Shown here piece by piece: positions 50,505-61,800 of a stretch of 64,000 nt of DNA. Position 1 is the first letter of the stretch. Each line of letters begins with the position of its first letter. The position numbers and the translations under genes are program-made. Source of the stretch: Fimbriosthenelais zetlandica (Eukaryota); assembly GCA_977030845.1 (NCBI GenBank), contig OZ365112.1, positions 17,174,001 through 17,238,000 of the forward strand, written 5' to 3'. The notes beneath the pieces were generated by a model, which was not told where the DNA came from, ran no database searches, and was given only the letters and a program-made list of their open reading frames with translations.

Positions 50505-51055
50505 GTAGATCCTTAGCCTGGCATCCAAGCCTCACGGACTACGGGGGAGGGACGGATGCTCTGTCTAGCGGCCATCTTGAAAATCATTAGTTCCCGAATC
50601 TTCCGTCGATAAACAAGGCTTAAGTTAGAGAGGACGCTACAGGGATCGGCAGCCCGCGAGGCTTGTCAGGCTAGTAGATCCTTTGCCTTTGGCTTTACTT
50701 CAGCGGGAAACCACCAGGTGGCAGATCTGTTTCTAGTCGCCAGCATCTGCTGAGCGCCCAAGCAGGTCAAAGCGGGCGTCGCTAGAAATTTTCAGACGGC
50801 GTTTCTAGATCTAGAAAAGCACCTAAATCAGCCAAAATGGAAATCAGTCGGTAGATTTACATGCAGAATCTACTGCATCCAAAATAACAGAGCTAGGCTG
50901 CCTGTAAACGGCTAGTCAGTTCGTGCCGGACCCTCGGTACGGCGCTGCCACCATGCGACGAAATCTGGAGTTACCACGTTTTGCAACGGGTAGAATCGAT
51001 TTCTCTTTACCATTTTCTCCCAATACATGGCTTTCTTCCGGTTTCCGATGTTCAG
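50505..51055. promoter_or_regulatory. Bidirectional promoter with the non-coding first exons of the IAP (-) and Kelch (+) genes
   Basis: GC/CpG-rich island. Minus-strand donor at 50504 (GTAAGT) and plus-strand donor at 51056 (GTCAGT) matching the Kelch acceptor at 51473. YY1 GCGGCCATCTTG at 50568-50579. Near-consensus CTCF CCACCAGGTGGCAG at 50711-50724. Confidence 0.55.
50775..50909 (-). repeat. Inverted partial copy 3 of the same repeat, inside the IAP/Kelch bidirectional promoter
   Basis: AATTTTCAGACGGCGTTTCTAGATCTAGAAAAGCACC...AATCAGTCG...GCATCCAAAA..ACAGAGCT aligns to the reverse complement of copy 2 (AATTTTCAGACGGCGTTTATAGTGCTATAAAAGCACC...AATCAGTCG...GCATCCAAAAGGACAGAGCT). Confidence 0.8.
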
Positions 51056-51530
51056 GTCAGTGGAAAGTTATTTTCTCTGTTTTAACATGATTTTAACACT
51101 TATTTATTCTTTGCCAAGCTAAGATCTTAGTGGTTTTAACTTATTCATCATTTGTGTATAATTGGGTGTCAGGTTTTAGCCCAGACTGGCTGATAATCGT
51201 GTTGAAATTGTACTAAGTCTTGAGACCAAGTGGTAGGATTCATTTCAGATTCAGTGTTCACTTCAGTTCAGTCGAAAATAATAATCCAATGTAGAAACCA
51301 ATGATGTACCTATTGCTGCTATTTCATTTTCTACGGCACCTCAGCCTTATATGAAACCCTTGTCCTCTTTCCATGAATGATTATTCCATGTCCATAACTG
51401 CAGTGTAGCCTGTTGTGTAGGCTCATATTAAATGTGGTTATTAGTTACAGACAGACTAATGTTTTTGTTGTAGGCAACAAGAGTGACAACAAGTGTGCGT
51501 TAAAACTGTATTGAGGATGAGGTGATTGGC

Positions 51531-54407
51531 ATGGATATAGAGACCATGGCAGCTAACATCCTCCCAGCTAATCAGGGTGGCATGCGGCCACACCCACGAC
51601 AGAGCAGCGAGGATGAATCCTATGACGACCAGAGTACATCAGGTCCAGACGACAAAGATTCCGAGGAGTACCAGTTTGTTGAATCCTCCCACCCTGTCCA
51701 TGTCCTACACGGTCTTAACGAACTGAGAAAATCAGGATCCTTCTGTGATGTGACATTATGTGTGGATGGAATAGAATTCCCCTGTCACAGGATCGTCCTG
51801 GCCTCCTTCAGCGCTTATTTCAAAGCCATGTTTGGTGTGGACATGGCTGAAAGCAAACAAGACAAGATCTCTATCAATGGCGTTGAAGCTCCCATGATTG
51901 ACCTCTTAGTGAACTATGCTTACACATCAGAAATGACTATAACAAAGACTAATGTGCAGTCTCTGCTCTCATCTGCTAATCTCCTAGAGGTGCTCCCAGT
52001 TAGAGACGCTTGTTGCCAGTTTCTGGAGAGAAACATGGATGAATCTAACTGTATAGGGATCCACTGTTTTGCTGAAGCCCATGCTTGTACAGATCTCCAA
52101 CAAAAGGCAAAACAGTTCATCTTAAAGTACTGGTTAGATGTGTGCCAGCAGGAAGAACTCTTGTCTCTGACTCAGTGTAAGGTGGCGGAGTTTATCTGTA
52201 GTGATGAGTTGTGCGTGGACAGTGAGGAGGTGGTATTTGATGCCGTCATGAGGTGGCAGGAACACGACCCTGAAGTCAGGGCGCAGGAGTTTCACAAGGT
52301 CTGACAACAACTAGGCTCACTTTTAACTGATAAGTGCAAGAGACCCCCTCACATATCTCATTACTGTATTCTGATTTTAAGTAGTCTATCAGTAATAGTA
52401 CCGGTAGGAGAATATACGTGAACTAAAATGTAGAAAGACTTATCTGTTATAGAAATCTAGAGCTTAGACCCAGAAGATAATAATTTGATAAATGATGTTT
52501 TACATTGTGAACTGTACTTGTATTTGCAGGTTTTGGAGCATGTACGCCTGCCTTTATTAAGCCCTTACTTTCTACATGATTGTGTCGAGAATCGTCCTGC
52601 CATTGTCCAATCTCGCCGATGTCTAGAATTCGTGGACGAAGCTAAGACATTCCATCTGTTAACCGACCGGCGAGCCCAGCTCAGATCACCCAGAACCAGG
52701 CCGCGCAAGTCATCAGGTGAATGACAAGCTGGATTGATCTTCTTGAAAGAGTTGAATCCCATCCCTTGATTTCTAATAACTTTGATTTTATATTAATTGC
52801 TTCTATTAAATTTCCAGGCACTTTAGAAGTAATAATCGCTGTTGGTGGGGAGGATGATAAAGTGGTATTACGGAGTGTGGAAAGCTTTGACCCCAACACG
52901 AACCACTGGAGGACACTGGCCTGTCTACCATTTGCCGTCAGCAAACACGGATTAGTTGTCACAGGTGATATACTTCTCTACCCCTTCTCTACCCCTACAT
53001 GATACTAAAGAACTAAAATATGACCTAACTCTAAGGATCCGAGTCGCTGTTTCACGTCTTGTTTAATTTTCTATTTGAAGGTAGCAATCATCTGTACATG
53101 GCAGGAGGAGAGTTTCCTGATGGTTCCGCTAGTCGCAGTATGTGGCGCTATGATCCTTGCTTTGACACATGGCTGGAAATGGCTTCCATGAACATGCCAC
53201 GCTCCGAGCTCGGTACGATTATACAAATCTAAATCTAAAACTCCCAGAGTACCTTTAAACATTCTAACTTGAAATCTAAACTCACATGTTGAAGAAAAAA
53301 ATGTTTAAAAACAGAATCTTCTCTTACAGGACTAGCCATGTTAGATGGCTGTATTTATGCAGTTGGTGGTTGGGAAGGCACCGCTCGACTCGATTCTGTA
53401 GAGAAATATAATCCCGACAGCAACTCTTGGACATTTGTGGCACCAGTTAAAATGGCCGTCACCAGTCCGGCCGTGGTTTCCTACCGCGGTCTGCTCTATG
53501 TCACAGGTAAATGCCATTTTATTTCTCTGTTTTTCTCACAACTAGGATGTATAATATGCCTAGCATTGACTAAGGTTTAAGGCGGTCAACTTCTATTAAT
53601 TTGCGTTAGATATAATAATGTTGATTCTGATTGCAGGCGGGGCAGTATTGGAGGATGGAGATGGGATTGATCTGGTACAGTGCTATAATTCTAGGACTGA
53701 CCAATGGACTGCGCTGAACTCAATGCTCATTGCAAGGTCAGGCTCGGCTGCCTGTGTCCTCAATGACAAAATATTCGTCATAGGTAATCTATATATTTAG
53801 TGGATTTTAAGACATAATGGATAAGGCCCAATTCGAATTTTAACAGAGAAGTTTGGGAAATCTAATACATATGGTTATCCTATAATAGTTAATGTAAGAA
53901 TCTTCATTCTCACTCCTTTGGGTTTCAGGTGGCTGGCATGCATCTACAGAAAACACTAACAAAGTAGAGTCGTTTGATCCCGTCTCTAACACATGGAGCC
54001 TCAAGTCACCCATGAATGAGCGGCGGTACCGGCCTGGCGTGGCGGTGGTGGATGGCCGCATCTATGTGTGTGGTGGGGAGGAGGGCTGGGACAGGTAGGC
54101 CATCTACACTTATTCCATTGGCAACGAAAAATTTATTGAAAATATTAAGACAGGAGTCCTTTGAGTCACAAGTATAAATATGGATAGGTGTAAAAGATTT
54201 TGTTTATAATGAATTATATAAATATGTCTTTAAATTAAATGTTTCTATTACAGATATCACGACACTATAGAAGCTTATAATGAGGAGAATGACGCCTGGG
54301 ACATTATTGGTGAGATGCCCACCAGTCGGAGCTGGCTCAGCTGTGTGGCTATGAGGATCCGTAAAGACATCGCTCCCAAAGAGAAGGTCACCTCGTGTAT
54401 AGTATGA
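51531..54407 (+). CDS. Kelch-like protein (BTB-BACK-6x Kelch, CUL3 adaptor family), 8 coding exons, about 625 aa
   Basis: Exons 51531-52298, 52530-52716, 52818-52964, 53081-53212, 53330-53506, 53637-53783, 53929-54094, 54254-54407, GT-AG and phase-compatible. BTB (FCDVTLCVDGIEFPCHRIVLAS), BACK (NCIGIHCFAEAHAC; LEHVRLPLL) and Kelch GG/YxP/W repeats are present. The specific KLHL ortholog is not recognised. Confidence 0.95.
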
Positions 54408-54827
54408 CAGAGGGATGACCATCTACACCACCCCTCACCCTGTCTCCTCTAATGTGATATCATCGTCGTTTCCATATGATAACATTTTAATCATGTCTCA
54501 TAGTTATACAGCCAATATTTTATATAATATTTCATTTCTGATCTGCACAATAATGCAGCTATACATGTATAATGTCTCAAGAAAATTCTGGGGTATCTAT
54601 TTTACTGTAATAATGGTTATTTATTTATTTTTGAATGTTTTTAATGTGTGTTTAGCCCAGCTTTCACGAGGAAGTGAACTCGTTTGAAATGAGAGTACTC
54701 AGAAAGTTAGCAGTTAAATTTAATTACTGCACGACAGTAGAGCCATGAACACGCTTCTGTAGTCCTTTTAACACTTTAAGTATCTTGCAAGGGAACATGT
54801 TCTCTCACAACAGGAGCATCGCTTGTA

Positions 54828-54901
54828 AATAAAGAAAGTACATTTGGGTAATATGTGTTGTGTTTGTAAAATACTTAATTTATTTAAAACGGCGGTTTAT
54901 T
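54828..54901. terminator. Convergent polyadenylation signals of Kelch (+, AATAAA 54828-54833) and UTP6 (-, AATAAA 54879-54884 and 54896-54901)
   Basis: Canonical hexamers lie downstream of each stop codon and face each other. Confidence 0.45.
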
Positions 54902-55009
54902 ACATTAAGCGAAATATGGGCGGGCTCATGCGTCCTTGAAGAATACTTAAACTTGTTCATACTTATACTTGAGTAAGTATTAAGTAGACATATTAACCTT
55001 TAGTAGTTG

Positions 55010-58000
55010 TTATGAAGTATGTGTTGACTGTAGCAGCGTATATTTCTTGATGAAGTCCTCGGTTTGGTCTTGTGACAAGGCTTTCATTGCCCGCCAATAC
55101 AGTTTTCCTGCCCTCTCTGGCTCTCCTTCAGGCAGAGACAACTCTTCTCTTATAAAATCAAGCCAAAGATCTGCAATGAAATGAAGGTTAAACATTAGGT
55201 TGAATTCGTCCACTAAATGCATAAATAAGCAGTGATTTTCTTAATTTATCACGAAATCTTTTTTACCTGTGTCATAACTTTCATATTCCCTCAAAGCGCT
55301 CTCGTAACAGAGTCTGATCTTTTCCATCTGGACTTTGGGCTGTGAAACAGAAGTAATCAACATGAGAAATGATCCATGGAAATTGATACAATAAATACGA
55401 TAACTACATTAATCAGAAGTAACGTAAATATTACCTGGGCTTTTTCTATGGAGATATATTTCCGGAAGAAATTGACAGACAGTGGTTGCGATCCCGATAG
55501 CCTGGTGATCCAATATCCAAGTGGGATGGAAATAAAAAAGGGAATCAGATGTCATTGTGTAATTTAGAATTGTTAAAGATTCAATTGCGTCGAATTTATT
55601 AGGGTAGAAACTCAACAAATTGACCAATAATCAGTTTCTTACCTTTCATACAATTTTCTAGTTTTCTTTATAGTATCCTTTTGGCTGGACAGATCAAGGT
55701 AGAATTCTTTCATTGGCAAAGCAATTACAGCTGCGAGCATTACACTATCCTGTTGTGAAAATGAGCAATATTCAAAATAAATTGAAGTAACGAAGAATCT
55801 ATTGTTTTCACTGTTTTATACAAACACATTTATGTGTATGGAGTTACACGTTTTACACGAGGTTTGAATGAAATTGTGATAAATATTATGCAATGTGACC
55901 AGGAGGGGGAAGCACCTACCTCTAGTTGACTCTCTGCCTGCTGCACGTCCTGCAGAATGTAATACTCCAAGGCCAGCTTCCTCACGCCCAGGCTCTCCTA
56001 AAACACACACACAATCTTTCCTTTTATTAATGGAAATTTAAAAAAACAAATCCAGACTTTTCAATGTATTAAAAATATTCACTTATCAATCAATCTTCCC
56101 ATATATTTTAACATATGATATACTTTTACTTTCCTAGAATTTGAACAATTGGATTGGGTATACACAAAATAGGCTTACATTGGGTGGTGGTAGAAATGAA
56201 ATACTTCTCCCCAAAGATATTTTCCCACATGACCCAAGCCTTTCTGACTTTGAGTAAGTTATAGTCAGCAGTGTTTCAACTTTGTCAGGAGCCTGTGCTT
56301 TTGATTACTGAGCCTGTCCAACTGGGCACAGTTCGTTCCCAGCGGGTCTTCCCCGTATTCATCATCAGTGCTGCGACAGCCTCCAATAACTTACTTAGAG
56401 AAGCTAGGACGAAGTTCAACACTGACAATACATATACCTCTTACAATAAGCATAACCCAATAGTCTTCGCTCTATATATGCCTTTGGTCCACGGGGAGAG
56501 ACTGTTCAAAAGGGAACACCCGTCTCTTCCACTCCAATCAGTATATCTCAATGAAACGCTACAGCCAGGGCTGGTTTTCCCACATTAGTATTGATCTGTA
56601 TGAGGCGGGTGGACGGGGGGACAGCTGTATAATGGCGTGTACAATGGGAAGATGCCGCTTGATCGAGCAGGTATTGTATGGAGTAATATCATGGGATGAT
56701 AAGTTGGTACAGGCATTCAGTGTGTGGTGAAGGAATACGATTGCTCAGCTCAACCCATACCTTTCATCATGTATAGTTCCATTCCATGAATATCTCTAAT
56801 TATAACATTTTAAATGGGATACGAAACACATTACGTTTTAAGCCTGACCTGCAACCTGTTAACATTTGGTGCATGTATTATATATATGCAATTAACTAAA
56901 GAGAGATAGCAAGAAAACCACCACTAAAAACTGTAATCTGAGGGCCGCCATGTTTGACAAAATTGCAACAGGAAGTGCACCAATGTGGCCACTAGTGGAA
57001 AAGATTAGTTCTTTCTGATTGGCTAATCCATCATAATGTCCAAGTAACTTAATATCTACAGTTCCATATCCCTTTAAGATAATTTTGAAGCCACTATATA
57101 TGACAAGTCATTTGAATACTCATGCGTAGTGACCAGGAATTATTAGCATTGATCTGTATAACTAAATCTTTTAATCATTGTTTTTTAAGCTATATGGCAT
57201 ATGGAAGGACTTGTATTGTCAAAGTAAACAATGATTAGTAGAGGAGTGAATCAGAGAGCCTGTCATCCACAGCCAGTGTATGTCTGACATATACGAGCAA
57301 TTAGCTTCGACATGTGTGACGTGAATCACTAAGCCAAAATGAGCATTTCCAAATATTCTCCTCCCATGACCCTCCTCCCACGACACACTCATCAGATGCA
57401 CATGAACAACATGTGACCGCCATCATCCTTCACAGTGACAATCATGGAAGGATTATTTTCCAAAGTAATTTCCTCACACAGTGAAAAGAAAATAACAGAT
57501 ATTTGAGTAAGAGATCATATGTCTGCAATGTAGAAGCAGAGGTGAGGCTATTTGTCAGCAATACTATGTAATATTTGACAGATGTAGGCCCACCCTTGAA
57601 GCCTATTTGTCAAGTCATGTGAATAGTCTGACAAAGAACCAATGGCTGGCAGGAGCATTACTCATTGCCCAGCAATAATATTTAGACATAGCACATCTGT
57701 TATATGTTGAATGATGGAAAAGATCAATAACATGGGGTAAAACCATGTTGATTTTTCATCAGACCGTAACTATTATTCTGCTGTGATTGATTATGTGTCA
57801 TTTTCTAGCCCTGTAAGGGTAGGCTGTATGCATATTGAATCTCTCATGAAATCTCCCGATTTGTTATGTAATATTTTATATCCGGGACAATAATAATGTC
57901 CTCTCAATCGTCCTCCATAAAGAGAGGATATGATACACAGATTATGCCATACCTAGTCTGAACGAAACCCCTTGTCATCTAACACTGCCCCAATAAAGAG

Positions 58001-58879
58001 TAAATCCCACGTTTAGAAAGGCCTTGTAATATGTGGCGCTGGATCTATTTGTCTATGGCGAGGCACAGAATAAAGGGATACAATAGGGGAGAGGGAGATG
58101 AACACGAGGAGAATAGCATAACAGAGGTATGAATGTCTCAGTATACATTGGTAGCTGATAGAGTGAAAATCCTTTAGCTTTAGTGAATGTTTTCCTCAAC
58201 CACATCCACTATTGTGTTGATCAGTTTGGCAGGGCAGGATGTGCAGTATTATACTTTATTTTGCCAGGTGAACCTCTTTGTCATGTCCTTGTTAGATGAC
58301 AATAAGGTGGGTTTGTTATGGGATGAGGAGGATCAGCCTGGATCTGGTGAGAAGGTGAGGGTTCAAGGATCCCCCGAGGAGCTTAGTGAAGGATTTGAGA
58401 AAAAGCCTCATAGTTTTCGCCAAGAAAAGGACTCAAATGTAGTTCAGAGCTGTCCTTCTCACAACAAATGTATAGGACCACTAAACATGCAAAAGCAGCA
58501 TGTATTATCATAAGGGAGGGACAACTTATTCAGACGTTTTCAGACTAAAATTGAGGAGGAGAGTTTCTTGGTTATGATTAATTAGTAAGTGATAGATTGC
58601 TTCGTGATTTGAGACAGTGAATGACATTTTCCACTCTCCATTTGTAACCTAACTAGGACAGAAATGTACCAGATTCCGCACATTGAACTTTTTTTTTACC
58701 TTCTCTGGCACAGACACTAATGCCTGCTTTACAGTATCTTCAACTTCCGGCCGTCCAAGGCGCATGACGTGAGAGAGACGCTGAGACCAGAGCGAGGCGG
58801 ACTTGCCATGTCGTTTGGTGGCCTCCTTGTAGACTCTGTCAATCTCAGCAGTCTGGCCAGTCTTCAGCAGAACCGTGAG
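55010..58879 (-). CDS. UTP6: U3 snoRNA-associated protein 6 homolog (HAT-repeat), 3' six exons only; upstream exons not found in the window
   Basis: Exons 58879-58700, 55997-55920, 55749-55643, 55501-55435, 55339-55267, 55170-55010, phase-compatible. PLSVNFFRKYISIEKAQ, YESALREY and DLWLDFIREEL..PEGEPERAGKLYWRAMKAL match the UTP6 C-terminus. Confidence 0.88.
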
Positions 58880-61800
58880 CTGTAATAGAGAGGTGAAACA
58901 GGTGTAATTGGGGATTTGTTCCAGGAAATTGGTTCCTTCCACACACAATAGGTGATCAGGATTTGGGAAATGAACCAATTGTTGTCAGACAAAAGCATGT
59001 ACATTATAAAGGCTTCTAACCAGAAGTCATATCAATTCAGTATTCATGAGATGATTTAGATTAAGAGTAATAATAAAATATTAGCTGGTACAGTGGAACT
59101 TGTAGTTTTCTAATTATGCATGAGTATAATAATAAAATTTATATTGATCAGTTTAGAGTACAATGGCCACTTTGCTTTAAGCACATCGTAAAACAGTATA
59201 AATACTTCTCTGTAGGAGTGGTAGCCTAATTGCTATGAATGACATTTTGATATGAAACTGAATTGCCCTTTAAAGGTTTAACAATGATAGTGTCAGTGAT
59301 AGGATGTATCTGGAATAAATGCATACAGCATATAAACAGTGCTAACAGCATCCTGTCATATGCACATGGTATCAGCAAAAGACATCAATATGATGAAGCA
59401 TTGTAACCAGGGAACCCAGATACTCCCGAGCCCCCGTATGCGCTGTGTGGTTAGGCTGGAGGTCGCTTCACTAGACCCTCATTTGTCATTGGTAACAGTT
59501 CCAAATTAGCTGGACAGGCCAGCAATCTCCCAATGAAAAGTCCATCTATTTTTGTTAATGCTGCCTATATGGCCCAGTAGTGATTCTGCAGCGACGCAAT
59601 ATGAGTTTGCTATTCATAATGGCAATTGTTCAGCTAATGGTGTAAGGATGGTTCCATTTGGTCACAAATGGCACCAATCGACATGAATAACCGACCGGGC
59701 CCCAAACTGATCTACAATAGTGGGACGGGTCTGTCAGCGTAAACTGGACTCATCTGTCTACTTACTCCGGGCAATGAATTTGAAAGGCCTGGACAACCAG
59801 GGAATTTACTAGAGATATTCATCTCTGTCTGCATTCCTGTCTTCATGTATAAGAGGCAAATAAAAGATTAGGTCATCAATCTAGCTTGTGATTGCCGAGG
59901 GAAATTCAGATTGGTCAAGAATTGTATAAATTCAACAGGCATACTGATGCATAAAAGTGTTATTCATTTTCAGACTGCATCATATCACAAATACCTGATA
60001 AATATTTCATCAGTCGTTTCTGAAGATATACATGTACACCACAACCATTTGGGCTTTATTGATTTCTGGGCACACTCATTGACATGTGTTAGTAGATTGC
60101 CCTAAGATGATGCCTCTGCAGTAATATCTTCTACATAGATTTATACTATGACTTTCAGTATAGTATGACTAAATCTGCTGAACACAAATTGACCCCAGGA
60201 TTATGAGACAGAGGGTAAGAGAGAGGCTGTGGAAGATATATATGTCATCAAGACATTGCGATAACTCAAACTCGCTGTTGATACCAAGCTGAATTCGGAA
60301 TCAGCACACCCTGTCACCCATATAATGCCCTCTAGCCGTACCCCTTGGTGGTCAGATCACGTGGTGATATCCCCAGTGGAAATGCAACGAGTCCAAACAG
60401 GAGGGGCTCAGACTGACCGACCCCTGCAAAGCCCAGTCTTGTGATCCCTTCTCACTCACAGATAAAATATACCAGAACCCAGACTGAAGCTACTAGTCTT
60501 AACACTTCAAAGACCCATCACAAAATCTGGTAATAAGAACTTTGTAGAAATGATAACATAATAAAGTTCGAACGTGAATAAGAGAGGGAAAGGGACAGGA
60601 TGGGTCAAAGATGAAATGACAAACAATATAGATGGAGCACAGACAGGGAGAAGTGACTAATATTAGAGGTCAGTTTATGATACTGTGCCTGGGGTCTCTA
60701 TAGATAGAGGGGTAGGTGTCCATCTCTAACGTTCCCCTCTCAACTACATCACATACCATTCTTCATCCTGGAGATTCCTTATTGTATTTTCTGAGAGGGA
60801 GATGCCAGAGAGCATAGGCCGTGACTGGCATAGATCCCTTACAAGCTCATCTCAAGTCCTGACCTTTCTACAGACATCTGACGAGCAGGGACCTGACCAT
60901 TCAATACTTTCTCATCCATCACAGCGTACTGTTAGATGTTTTATGATAGCACGTTATGGAACCAGACCTATTGTTGGTTCTATAGGCGGCCTCACAGGGG
61001 AATCATTCTCAGGGTGTAGAAAAAACTCAGTATACAATGTACATACAGGGATTCCTGAGAAGCAATACAACCGTGTTCAAAACACCAAGCAACAGCACTG
61101 ATTTACGGCATTTCTTCCAAAAGTAAGAACAATGAAATATTCAGTAATGAACTGGTCTACAACTTCAGAGATTCAGCAAGATGCAGAGCTTACAGTTCGA
61201 TATTAACAACCACCTTCCTGAGTCAAGCTGACCTATCTGAAGGGCTTGAGACTCTGGGATTTCTCTGTTTCTCATCCGTGACATGGCCTTTCATTCTGAT
61301 TGATTTTTGCCACAAAAATGACACTTTCCCAGGGGATGTGGGATCAGAAGGACTTTTTGATAGAAGTTAATTTCTCTTTCCGACCATCCGGCTTTGTTCT
61401 GCTTTCATGGGTGGATTTTTTTCTGTTATTAGCCTCATTAAGCCTGGCTGACCCAAACAAGAGACAAATCCCAAAACAATTGTTTCACATTGTCAACCAG
61501 AGAACATCAGAGAAACTTTTTCTCTTTACCAAACTTCCATTTTACTGCCTACCATTATCTGAAGATACGAGCAAAACTTTTAAAATATTCAAAGCTCAAA
61601 GATTGAGAAAGCTGTTCAAAATGAACAGCTAAAACATGTGATCATGGGGATGAGGGCACATGTATCCATCTATAGTAGACATTAGAGTGTAATTGAAAGT
61701 AAAGTGAGGTGGTGGTCACCATTAGCCATGAGACATAATTACCCTCACAGCCAGGCCTTGACAGACCAAGGTCGTGCACCAGCTCGGACACAGGAAGCTG

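Noticed and set aside
56285-56368. C/D-box snoRNA candidate in a UTP6 intron (ATGATGA ... CTGA, about 80 nt, minus strand)
   Set aside because: No terminal stem and no recognisable rRNA antisense element; these boxes are common by chance.
56271-58513. Plus-strand ORFs inside UTP6 introns (56271-56588, 58187-58513)
   Set aside because: No convincing protein or RT motifs; at most decayed TE sequence.
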